This document shows, piece by piece, positions 53,362 to 64,000 of a DNA stretch of 64,000 nt. The position numbers and the translations under genes are program-made. Position 1 is the first letter of the stretch. The number at the start of each line of letters is the position of its first letter. This DNA is from Octopus vulgaris (Eukaryota), in NCBI GenBank assembly GCA_951406725.2, contig OX597832.1, forward strand, positions 12,586,001-12,650,000, in the 5' to 3' direction. Below the pieces are notes generated by a model. It did not search any database. It had not been told where the DNA came from and was given only the letters and a program-made list of their open reading frames with translations.

Positions 53362-53411
53362 AGCTTCTACAGGACTAGTACTGTTTCATTCAAGAGAAAT
53401 CTTCAGAAGCT
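53362..53411 (-). ncRNA. hammerhead ribozyme-like motif, left arm
   Basis: Reverse complement AGCTT CTGAAGA TTTC-TCTT-GAAT GAA ACAG-TACTAGTC-CTGT A GAAGCT. Intact CUGANGA and GAAA cores, stem III ACAG/CTGT, stem I AGCTT/AAGCT with one extra G. Confidence 0.7.
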
Positions 53412-54031
53412 ATTTAACAAGAATTGTATTAGCATTTATACATTTAGGCAGGTTTAAAGGAGTGGTGGTGGGGGACTTTTTGGGGGTAGGCATAGCGCAA
53501 AATATCATACTTGGGGAGTGGTCAAGGAGTCAGTGGTAAGTTAGATGAAAGAATAGATAAAAAAAAAAAAAAAAAAAATAGATAAATAAAAAAAAAAAAA
53601 ATAAAAATAAAAAAATAAAAAATATATATAAAAAATATATATATATAAGAATATATGGGGGATAGAGTTATAGGTAAATAAGGAGATTCTCACTTATACC
53701 TATATATGTGTGTATATATATATGTGTGTGTAGATACGTATACATGTGTGTATAGGTATAAGTGAGAATCTCCTTATTTACCTATAACTCTATCCCCCAT
53801 ATATTCTTATATATATATATTTTTTATATATATTTTTTATTTTTTTTTTTTATTTTATTTTTTTATTTATCTATTTTGTTTTTTTTTTTATTTATCTATT
53901 CTTTCATCTAACTTACTGACTCCTTGACCACTCCCCAAGTATGATATTTTGCGCTATGCTACCCAAAAAGTCCCACCACCCTCCTTTAAACCTGCCTAAA
54001 TGTATAAATGCTAATACAATTCTTGTTAAAT

Positions 54032-54079
54032 AGCTTCCTGAAGATTTCTTGAATGAAACAGTACTAGTCCTGTAAAGCT
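54032..54079 (+). ncRNA. hammerhead ribozyme-like motif, right arm
   Basis: AGCTTC CTGAAGA TTTCTTGAAT GAA ACAG-TACTAGTC-CTGT A AAGCT; stem II is shortened by a 2-nt deletion. Confidence 0.6.
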
Positions 54080-54207
54080 CCTTCTATATAATAAATTAAT
54101 TTTACTCTGCTATGTATTGAGTACCTTACTTACTGTGGTTAACCCCGAATCAACCCGGGACCTACATATATATAGATATATATATAAATACATATAAATA
54201 CATATAC

Positions 54208-54273
<66 letters not shown>

Positions 54274-54310
54274 ATATTATATATTTGTCATACATACTCA
54301 TATAGGTGCA

Positions 54311-54347
<37 letters not shown>

Positions 54348-54454
54348 TATATACACGGACATACCAACATACGCGTGTAGGCGTGTGAGTGCATGTGTGT
54401 GTATGTATCTCTTTATATATGTACATGTGAGTGTGCGTTTGCGAGCGAGAGTAT

Positions 54455-54640
54455 GTCTGGAACTGTTGAACAAGAGGTTGACAGGAAAGAGAATACGATA
54501 GACTGATGGACTACCGGATATAAGTGGCTAAATACAGTGAAAGAAGATGATAATGTCAGGACATACGGCATCACGTAGGCAAATGGAAACAGGCGACGAC
54601 ATATCACATAGGCAACACTCAAGTCCGGAAAACAGATTGA
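54455..54640 (+). pseudogene. decayed RTE LINE C-terminus
   Basis: LTGKRIR...GLP / KWLNTVKED resembles GKRxRGRPxxRWxDxVKED. Confidence 0.45.
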
Positions 54641-55044
54641 GCCGTCGTTTTTTTTTTTTTTGTCTTCGCTTTTTTGTTTTGTCTTCTACTTGTGTTTGTA
54701 TGGTATGTCATAGTTGTAAAGTTCTTTTGATGATAGTCTTACTTTGATCATATTCAAGAAACAAATATTGGGAGAGAAGAAAATAAATAAAAAAAAAAGT
54801 GCTTTATTGCTGATCAGTGAAAACATAAATCTTGCCATACACGTGTGTGAGTGAATACATAAATGCATACATACTTACATATATGTATAATATACATACA
54901 TGCATAGATATACACACACACACTCAGATACATTTTTGTATATAGGTGCGTATGTGTGTGTAAGCATATATGTATAGAGGCACACAATAACACTTATATA
55001 TAAATTTATATACCAGATATATAAATATATTTCTATATTTATGG

Positions 55045-55278
55045 GGTATGTATATATATATATATATACATGTATGTGTGTGAGTGTATATATGTGTGTA
55101 TATATGTGTATATATATGTGTGTATATATAAGTATATATATATGTGTATATATAAGTATATATATATATATATGTGTGTATATATAAGTATATATATATA
55201 TATGTATTAATAAGTATATATATATAAATAAGTATATATATATATGTATATATAAGTATATATATATGTATATATTAG

Positions 55279-55312
<34 letters not shown>
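55045..55312. repeat. TA-rich minisatellite (TATATAAGTATATATATATGTG-like units)
   Basis: TAAGTA recurs about every 20-30 bp within (TA/TG)n. Confidence 0.8.
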
Positions 55313-56131
55313 AATATTTTTTAATAAATATATACCTGTTTATAATTATATATACAATTGTATAAATATACGAGCCTTTATAAATATTTATATGTATGTG
55401 TATATATTGTGCATATATATGTATATATATTTGTATAAATACATATGTATGTCTACATATTTCCACATGCATATGTTGTGTGTGTATGTGTGTGCTCTGT
55501 GTGTCCGTATGTGTGTGCCTGTGTGTTTGTGTGCGTGTGAATTGACAAGGAGAGTCAGAGAAATACAGAAAAAAGGGAGATAATAATGCAATGACCATTT
55601 GGGAGAGTGAAATATAGAGATGCACATAGAAATGTTTGATGTATATCTGTCTACGTCCATCCTGCTCCAATAGCTACATCTTTATAGCAATGTTTCATCT
55701 ATATTTTATTGTTTAATATGTATATTTTTACGTGAGTAATCTGCTGCGACTGGGGAGAGAAAAAAAAAGTTACATTTTTCGATATATAGCCGATGTGTCT
55801 ACGAAGAACAGACTTAACGTGTGCAGCATACTGCAATATATGAGACCTAGAATACTGCCAACAGATGAACGGAATAGGCAAACGCATATATTGATATAAA
55901 TTCTCCCGTTAAGCATTGAAGCAAATATCAAATATGCTACCGCTGTACATTCTCACACACTCGATGCATGTTTTGCAATAGCGTACACTGTGACACATCT
56001 AAGCATTACAATACATAGCCATATGTGTATCTCTCTGACCATAGATACAAATACACACAAACAATCGCGTACACAGCCACAGACATACACTACTCACGTG
56101 CGTGTGTGTAAACGTGTACACATATGCATAT

Positions 56132-56189
<58 letters not shown>

Positions 56190-56307
56190 GCATAGTTACA
56201 TGCATATATCTACATACATGCATACCTATTCATATATACCCAGACACAGGCACACACTCACGTGCATGTGTATAGAGGTGTACGCATATGCATATATACA
56301 TATATGC

Positions 56308-56374
<67 letters not shown>

Positions 56375-57208
56375 GCGCATAGTCACATGCATATATCTAC
56401 ATACAGGCATACTTATTCATATATACACATACACACATTCTCATATACGTATATATGCATGTATACGTAAGTATGTATTTATGTATGTGAATGCATACGT
56501 ATATGTGTATTTTGTAAGCTTGTGGTTACTATATATGGCTTATTCATTCATTCTCTGTATTCTCTATATAAAGAATATTGGCAAGTGCATTTAATGCTTG
56601 CTGTGTGTTGTATAATGGCATAATGCAGAGTAGCCAGCACCATAATAACCGTATTTGAAATTGAAATATCTTCCTTTGCTTTGAAGAAGTCGAACGTTCT
56701 TTGATAGTAGACCGTTAGAAAATACAATGTCTCACTAGAATAAATTTTCAAGTCCATTTATCAGATGCTGAAAGCCGAGAAAATGTCCCTGTCTAAATCT
56801 AATTGATTCTTTTGTTATATTGCTTTCCGCAACAGTATGGGTTCAGATTTCATGCATTGTCCTCGTGTTTTAAATGCCTGCATCGAAATATTAACTAGAG
56901 GAAACGATTTCCGCCATTTCTTCTGGCTGTGTGACTTGCAAATTTTAATAGCTCATGAGTAGAAGAGAGTTATATATTTTATGCTTTAACTACGTCAAGA
57001 AATGGTATTTGATTTTTGTCTGTATTGTATTTCTGATAGAACAGAAATTTTGATAAAATGTCGAAGGGAGGAAGATTGAGAGAGAGAGGGCGCAGTTGTA
57101 GAAGGGTGGATAAAGTAGAAGATCACATTGAAACAATGATTGGAAAACTTATTATAATTCTAAAATATGTTTTTGATGGAGTGATAAAGAAAGAACGAGG
57201 GGAAGTAA

Positions 57209-57271
<63 letters not shown>

Positions 57272-58504
57272 TTTGAGAAACGATAGAGAGAGATCATGAA
57301 GGAGGAAGAAAGAGAGTGGAAGAGAGGTAAAAGAAGGCTAGATTTTTGAGACTACCATCGGAAAAGTTATATTAAATCTTGAATATATTTTTGATAGATA
57401 GATTGAGAGATAATTACAGACAGAATGAGAGAGTATGGATAGACTGAGTGAGAAAGGTAATAGAAAAGAGAATAGATTAACATAGATAAACAGTGAGATA
57501 AGTCGAGAAAGAAACTAAGAGTATTTCAGAGAGGGAAATAGAAAGCATGTCTTTAGTTAGAGAGAGTAAAGGTTATTTTAATTCTGGAATATTTCAGTTT
57601 GTCGCTTGAAATATAGTTATTTTCAGAAAATGTACGCAGTTGTTCAAATCCTATTTTGATTGTGCGTATACATGTGAGTAAATGTGCTTGTGAGAATGTG
57701 GCTGCGTTCTTCAACGAATGTATGTATGTGGCGTGTCTCTGTTTATGTATATATAGAGTCTATGTCGTAGTCATTGCCCGTAGTGATATACAATTTGAAG
57801 CGCATTTTATATTAAGATATGGAAAGAGAGCATCTTTAATGATTACCGAAACTATGTCAGCTATTTTGATTGTATGAAATAGATGCTGCTGTCGTTCAAG
57901 TTACTATTTAGCCTTAGGGCATTCCTGATGTTGTAGTTGAATGTTTAAAAAAGGATCCCAGCATTGAACATCAGCTTGTCTTATTTTTAGTGGTAACTAT
58001 GACTAAATTATCTAATGTAACCGTTCAGGTTGTGACTGCAGGAAATATTTGCTGCTATTTCTGCTAGATTGTGTGACCGTTAAGATGCCCTTACTTTGAC
58101 TCAGAAATACATGTTAGGTCGTGAGGTTTGTCAAAGTGTAAGTGCTTTTGATAATGCTGACTCAATTGCACTTACAGCACAACAAGAATATCTAGACCTT
58201 TTTATTTCCGTTTCGTATTGCACTTCGATTTGTTTTTTTGGACAGTTCCATTAGTATATTAGTTTTTCAACGAGAAAAGATTACTATACGATCACGCACA
58301 CGAAGTCAATTTCACGAAAACATTACGCAGCTAGTAATTGTCCCAACTCTTCTCATAGGGTAAAGTAGCGGCTTCACAGCAACAATGTATGAGTGAAAAT
58401 AAGGCTGTGATTCAAATAGCAAAAAAAAAAAAATGATTTGATTCTAGTCCATATATATCACTTCTATCACGACCGCCGTAAATATCAGTTCGTAATCAGA
58501 ACAA

Positions 58505-58725
58505 AGATCGCTTAGTGAGTTCGATTCCAGGCGACTCGTTGTGTTCCTGACCAAGACAGTTTATTTCACGTTGCTACCGTCCACTCAAGTAACAAAAATG
58601 AGTATGAGAAATACTCTAAGGGTACGCGTGTCTCTACTCATACACATGCACGTGAATTTCATGAGCAAGCTGTTACGTCGATCGGATCACCTGAATGACT
58701 CGTCGTCGTAACCGACTGAGTACCA
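58505..58725 (+). mobile_element. SINE head D + tail T1, decayed and internally deleted
   Basis: GTGAGTTCGATTCC...CAAGACAGTTTATTTCACGTTGCT...AAAAATGAGTA...TAAGGGTACGCGTG...CTCGTCGTCGTAACCGAC. Confidence 0.8.
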
Positions 58726-59575
58726 GTTTCACAAAAATAGTTACCAGGAACAAACACCGAAGGCATTCTCTATCACAATCTAGCATCGCTATTGCTACTC
58801 TGTTTGCTACACATTGTATAACATGTCATATATTTGGATATTAAAGAATATCATTTTACATAATAGTGGCAACGTTAGATTTCTTCCTGCTTGTGCAACT
58901 GTACCCGCGTATGTATTCCTATATTGTTGTTGTGTATTTATCGACCGAACCCGATCCTGTACGTTAGCCTGATTCACCGGAATCCTGATATACATAAATA
59001 CATGCATACATATATATATATATGAAAAGAATACTACAAACATTATATCATTAGTTCCAACGTAAGTTGCATCACTATAATTGCTTGGAACATTACGTTG
59101 GATGCTCCAGGAACATATGGAAGCATGAGCAGATCGGATCATCAGGGAACACTTTATTGCATTCAGTTACTGGGAGCTAATGTCAAGAGTAGGAGAGATG
59201 GTGGGAGATTCTGTAACTGCTTTAAAAAGTAAATAAAGAGCGAGCAATTGTCAGTGAAAGAGAACTGATGTAAGAAGCAAGCGGGAAATGGAAAGCAAAA
59301 GACACGAAGTAGACAAATACAGGATAAAGAGAGGAAAAAGGGAGAGATGAAAAGAGAATAGAATTGAATGACGAAACGGGGGTGGGAGCAAGAACGTATG
59401 TGGGTAATATGGACAACAATAACAGGAAGAAGCAAACATATGAAAATATACAAACACATAACATACGCAGCCATAAAAACATTTGTACACACAAGATATA
59501 ATCTAGCACGGTCCTTAGCGGTTCGGCTTTACTGAGTTCAACACCGAACATCTATAAACAACAGCAATGTATTTA

Positions 59576-59609
<34 letters not shown>

Positions 59610-59629
59610 AAGGGTATATATATAAAGGG

Positions 59630-59693
<64 letters not shown>

Positions 59694-59802
59694 GTGTGTG
59701 TGTGTCCATGTATGTGCACATATATATATCTATGTAAATAGATATATGTATATATGCATGTATATATATATATGTATAATATGTATGTGTATATATATAT
59801 AT

Positions 59803-59935
59803 GGGTGTGAAAAGCCAGGTGGACAGGGTATTGAACTCTCGTTCTCGCGATCATGGATTCAATTCTTGGAATAGGGGGCGCATTGTATTCCCAATCAAAA
59901 CACAAAATCTTACTTTGTTCTTCATTCACTTTCAC
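59803..59935 (+). mobile_element. decayed SINE head D
   Basis: GCCAGGTGGACAGGG...GATCATGGATTCAATTC...GGCGCATTGT is collinear with the 5351 head. Confidence 0.4.
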
Positions 59936-59984
59936 ATTTAAACTGTAGTGCAGACAACATGAGCTAACATACAACACATATAAC

Positions 59985-60376
59985 ACAAGGAAACCAGCGG
60001 AGATTGTGACACGTTGATTTTTGTTGTTGTCACTTAAAGCATGCGGAACCCATGCTCCATACTTCTGTACCTTTCCCATCGTGTGAAGATGCTTCTCTAC
60101 AGCAGTGTGGGAGCATTCCATTTCCTATGCCAGTTCCCCTGTCATTTGACGAGAAATTTCGTGTAAAGCGTGGTTTAATCGCTCTCCATCGAACTCAACT
60201 AGACGATCAGAACAAGGTGCGTCTTGGAGGTCAAAATTGGAAATTTTTGAACTTGGCACACCAATCACGAGCTGCTCTTTTAGCTATGGCTACTTCTCCA
60301 TACACAGCTTTTGCGGCCTTAGAACCTTGATTAAAAGCAAAATGAAGGTGTCGTTTTTCTTAATTTGACATTCCAT
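59985..60376 (-). pseudogene. mariner transposase pseudogene (N-terminal HTH to WVPHxL)
   Basis: MECQIKKN...FAFNQGSKAAKAVYGE...DWCAKFKN/FDLQDAPCSDR...ELA*EMECSHTAVEKHLHTMGKVQKYGAWVPHALSDNNKNQRV. Confidence 0.93.
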
Positions 60377-60546
60377 TTTAATGATCTGAAAAATAGATAA
60401 AAATTAATTAGAAAAAAAGAGAGATTTGAAAATGATAATGATTCAAAGATAGAATTCCCGAAAAAAATACCTTCCAAATATAAAAAAATGCAATACAACG
60501 CAATAAATTCCATAATTTTAAAAACGGTATGAACTTAGTTGCCAAC

Positions 60547-60550
<4 letters not shown>
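59985..60550 (-). mobile_element. mariner transposon, 5' half
   Basis: Reverse-complement TIR TTGGGTTGGCAACTAAGTTCATACCGTTTTT next to TA in a (TA)n tract; resembles Hsmar1/MADE1-type TIRs. Confidence 0.9.
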
Positions 60551-60623
<73 letters not shown>

Positions 60624-60774
60624 GGAGAGAGGGAGAGAGAGGGAGAGAGAGAGAAATTAACTTTCTGATTATGTTTCTACTTTAATAATTAGATGTTTAT
60701 AAGTTACTTTCATGATGATATAGATAGAGATATATGTGTGTATGTTTGTGTGTCTGTGCGTGTGTGTGAGTGAG

Positions 60775-60838
<64 letters not shown>

Positions 60839-63444
60839 AGTCTTTATGTCTTTCGGAGTGTTTGTATATATAACCATCTTTAAGAATATATGTTTTCAAG
60901 AATGAAATATTCTCTAAATGGATTTTATATTCCTTAAAGCTACTTCAATGCAAACAAGTCCCAGTTTAAACTTAATGTTATTATATATATTCAATCTGAA
61001 ATATATTATTTATTGCGGATATGACTACAGGATTATATTCGATATTATATTTTGAAAAATAATTCCGTTCCTTCACTATTTTGACACAATATCCTTCAAA
61101 ACAGCTGCGTGTATTATCAAGACTGCATAAAGGGGAATACATATATCGATTCAATTCTTCATTTCATATCGCTGAATATAGAGACTATACAAGTGTACAC
61201 ATGTGATGATAAATCCGATCTCTTTCTATATTCATTTACGTGATATTAACTATGCGGCAGTCTTAACCAGGCAAATATGCCTTTGCATCTTAGTATAATT
61301 ACTGTTAATTTAGCACAGAAATCGATGCCTTTATTTATTTATGGATTTTGGAGCCCTTTTGGATAATCTATCGTGAATACTAATACACGGTAATAACGGA
61401 CGAGAGGTTTGCGACAGAAACTTTCTGGTTTTCTATTCTCTTCAACTGTTTAGGATATTGAGCAATTGTTTTCCACAATAAGTAAATACTATGATTTACC
61501 AATTTCTTGGTTTGGGCCACAATCTGGATCATAGTGAAATCGTGAAGTCTATTTACCATCATTTGCTTACCAACTAGTTTTCAATGTATTTGCTTACCAA
61601 CTTGTTTCCAATATATAATTAGTATTTACGCCTTTCATAAAGCAGTAAATGTTGAAGGCAAAATAAAAAAATAAAGAAGTGTGTATAAACAAGAAGAGGC
61701 ATATTAAATAACATCGTTCTACATACATGATCAGAAAATTAGATAAGACACTGATGTCTGATAATAGTCTGCTCATGATCTCACCTGGTCTGAGCATCAG
61801 CCAGAACAAGAAAAAAAAAGAAAAGAACAGATATGGAATAAATAGATTTTATTTTTGTTAACCGAATTATCAGTTTTCTATTTCAGAATGGTATTTAGTT
61901 AATTCAATGTGCATTCCTTTCGTAGTAAGCTTTCTACATCAATTCAGTTCTAATTCAAACCTCTCAACATCATGATTTGATTCCAGATTGTCCATATTGT
62001 AGTTTGAAAAATAATTCTGTTCCTTTTTATTCGTTGTTTAAAGTATAAACCAATGACTGTATATCATAAACACTATGTTTCAAATCTAACTTTAATTTGT
62101 TTCCAAAAACAATCGTATAGCCTGATTTTTACTGTTACGATAAAATTTTCTTTAGAAATAGGAATTGTAGAACAAGACTTCTAATTTAAACCGTATTTAT
62201 ATTATTGAATCTATAATAAAGGGAAATTTTTAATTGTGGACAGTATTTATAATTTCATTTACTTTAATCTTTTCCGCTTCGGGTTTTAAACCCACTTTGA
62301 CAAATTTTAATTTCCTGAGTAGTAAAATATTCAATACCAGTTTCAACAGTTTTAGGTGGTTGACATATTACCACATATTTTTGTCCGCTAGCTGCTCTCA
62401 TTTCCTTTGGCATCATCGTTATTTTGTCTAGACTCAAGTCATTCCTGAAGAAGCAAACCTATGATCAAATGTATTCCAGCTGTGAGCATCCAAATTTAGT
62501 TTTCAAAGATATAATATTTGTAATTCAATATTGCCTATGATATACGGCAATTTCCCACATCAGTAAAGTGCAACCAGACATGGATTCCATTGCTCTCTCC
62601 CTCTCCCCCTATTTTTCTTCTTTTTCTCTTTCGCTCTCAAATAGGATGGCCCACCAAGTATAGGCTCTCTCTGGGGATGCTTAGGATACTTGGCTGGATT
62701 CTTTCTTGAACCGTATCTTAGTTACCTTGGTCTACACTGAATGCTTTTCCCAACTTCACCTCGAAGCGCGATTTGATAAGAGAGTTGTTTCTTCAGATTA
62801 GAGAAGTAGATTGTACAACCTGTTGTATTTAGATAGAGATAGGCAGGCTGAGAGATTGAGATAAGTATCTTGTCATTAACACAATAAGATACTATCTACA
62901 AAATTAGCAGCTAGTTTTACCTGCTTGAAAGTGAGATATCGTGGGAGGTAAAACGTTCAACAGTAAACGTCAGAACATGCTATATTTTGTACAAGGTGTT
63001 TTATTAAATGTCAGTGCTGAGATTAAATACCCGCATGAGTTGCACTTTCGTGACGTGATAAGCTCTTGTAAGCGCGCTTATATTTCCTGCAAACGTAATT
63101 TTCAAGTGTTCGTACTAAATTTTCAGTATTCTCCCCTTTCCTCACTTCTATCTTGGTGGTGGTGGTAGTGGTGGGGTATTCCTAAAACGCCGCTCGATTT
63201 AAGAAATTGGGTTCCTTTAGCAGAATTCATGCTATTCCGAAATGTCGAACAAATGTTCTAGTTCTCTCACCGCATTAAATAATAGTGGCAATGGTATTCA
63301 CATAATCAGTGTGGATATATTTACAAATGTAAGAAGCTTCTTTCACCTTTATTGACTAACATAAAAGCAATTATATTAAAAGTACAAGTAAACATAATCC
63401 ATTAACCATTCCTTTGTCTATGCTTCTATATTTCTAACTTATCA

Positions 63445-63570
63445 GTTTGTGATAGGAAGTTTGCTGCCAAGCCATATGATTCCGGGATCGACCCCACCGC
63501 GTGGCACATCTACTATAGCCTGGAGCTGTGTGTAGACTTAGTAGATGAAACTGAAAGAAGCCCGTCATAC
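63445..63570 (+). mobile_element. SINE family B 5' part
   Basis: GATTCCGGGATCGACCCCACCGCGTGGCAC...TCTACTATAGCC...GTAGATGAAACTGAAAGAAGCCCGTC. Confidence 0.75.
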
Positions 63571-63626
63571 ACGCACACACACACACACACATATATATAT
63601 AAACACACACACACACACACACACAT

Positions 63627-63684
<58 letters not shown>

Positions 63685-63744
63685 GTCCCTCTACCAGACT
63701 CTGACTACCGCTATTGTTCTGTTTACGTCGCTATTGATTAATGC

Positions 63745-64000
63745 TTGCCGCCACGTTCTGAGTTCAAATTCTGCCGAGGTCGACTTTGCCTTTCTTCCTT
63801 TCGGGGTCGATTAAATAAGTACCAGTTACGCCCTGGGGTCGATATAATCGACTTAATCCGTTTGTCTTTCCCTGTTTGTCCTCTCTGTGTTTAGCCCCTT
63901 GTGAGTAGTAAAGAAACAGGTATTTCGTCTGCCGCTACGTTCTGAGTTGAAATTCGTCCGAGGTCGACTTTGCATTTTATCCTTTCACGGGATATAAAGT
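63745..64000 (+). mobile_element. SINE family A multimer (core-tailX-core...), runs off the window
   Basis: ACGTTCTGAGTTCAAATTCTGCCGAGGTCGACTTTGCC...GTAGTAAAGAAACAGGTATTTCGTCTGCCGCTACGTTCTGAG. Confidence 0.92.

Larger units (their letters stand above)
53345..54096. repeat. long inverted repeat (~350-bp arms, 46-bp spacer) of a PLE-type terminus
   Basis: 53345-53704 is the reverse complement of 53751-54096 (e.g. CATTTATACATTTAGGCAGGTTTAAAGGAG / CTCCTTTAAACCTGCCTAAATGTATAAATG); differences are mostly small indels. Confidence 0.95.

Noticed and set aside
62640-62880. Possible RTE C-terminal relic on the minus strand (EVGKSIQCRPR*LRY)
   Set aside because: A single degenerate motif is insufficient.

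Overview
AT-rich, microsatellite-dense, repeat-dominated eukaryotic non-coding DNA (intergenic or a large intron). The SINE families and the (TA)n/(AAT)n load suggest an octopus/cephalopod genome; this is inference, not a database result. No intact host gene or convincing exon was found, and most supplied ORFs are microsatellite or repeat translations. Recognisable content: (1) many tRNA-derived SINEs of about four head types, labelled A-D here, that swap 3' tails, nest in each other and form internal tandem arrays; (2) at least five Penelope-like (PLE) remnants carrying six hammerhead-ribozyme-like motifs, including a GIY-YIG C-terminal fragment with an inverted ribozyme-bearing end and a ~750-bp inverted repeat with a hammerhead motif in each arm; (3) two mariner relics, one built from two convergent 5' ends; (4) a MITE containing telomere-like repeats; (5) decayed RTE, CR1/L2-like and R4/Dong-like LINE fragments; (6) local tandem duplications. 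All structures were read by eye, so boundaries are approximate.
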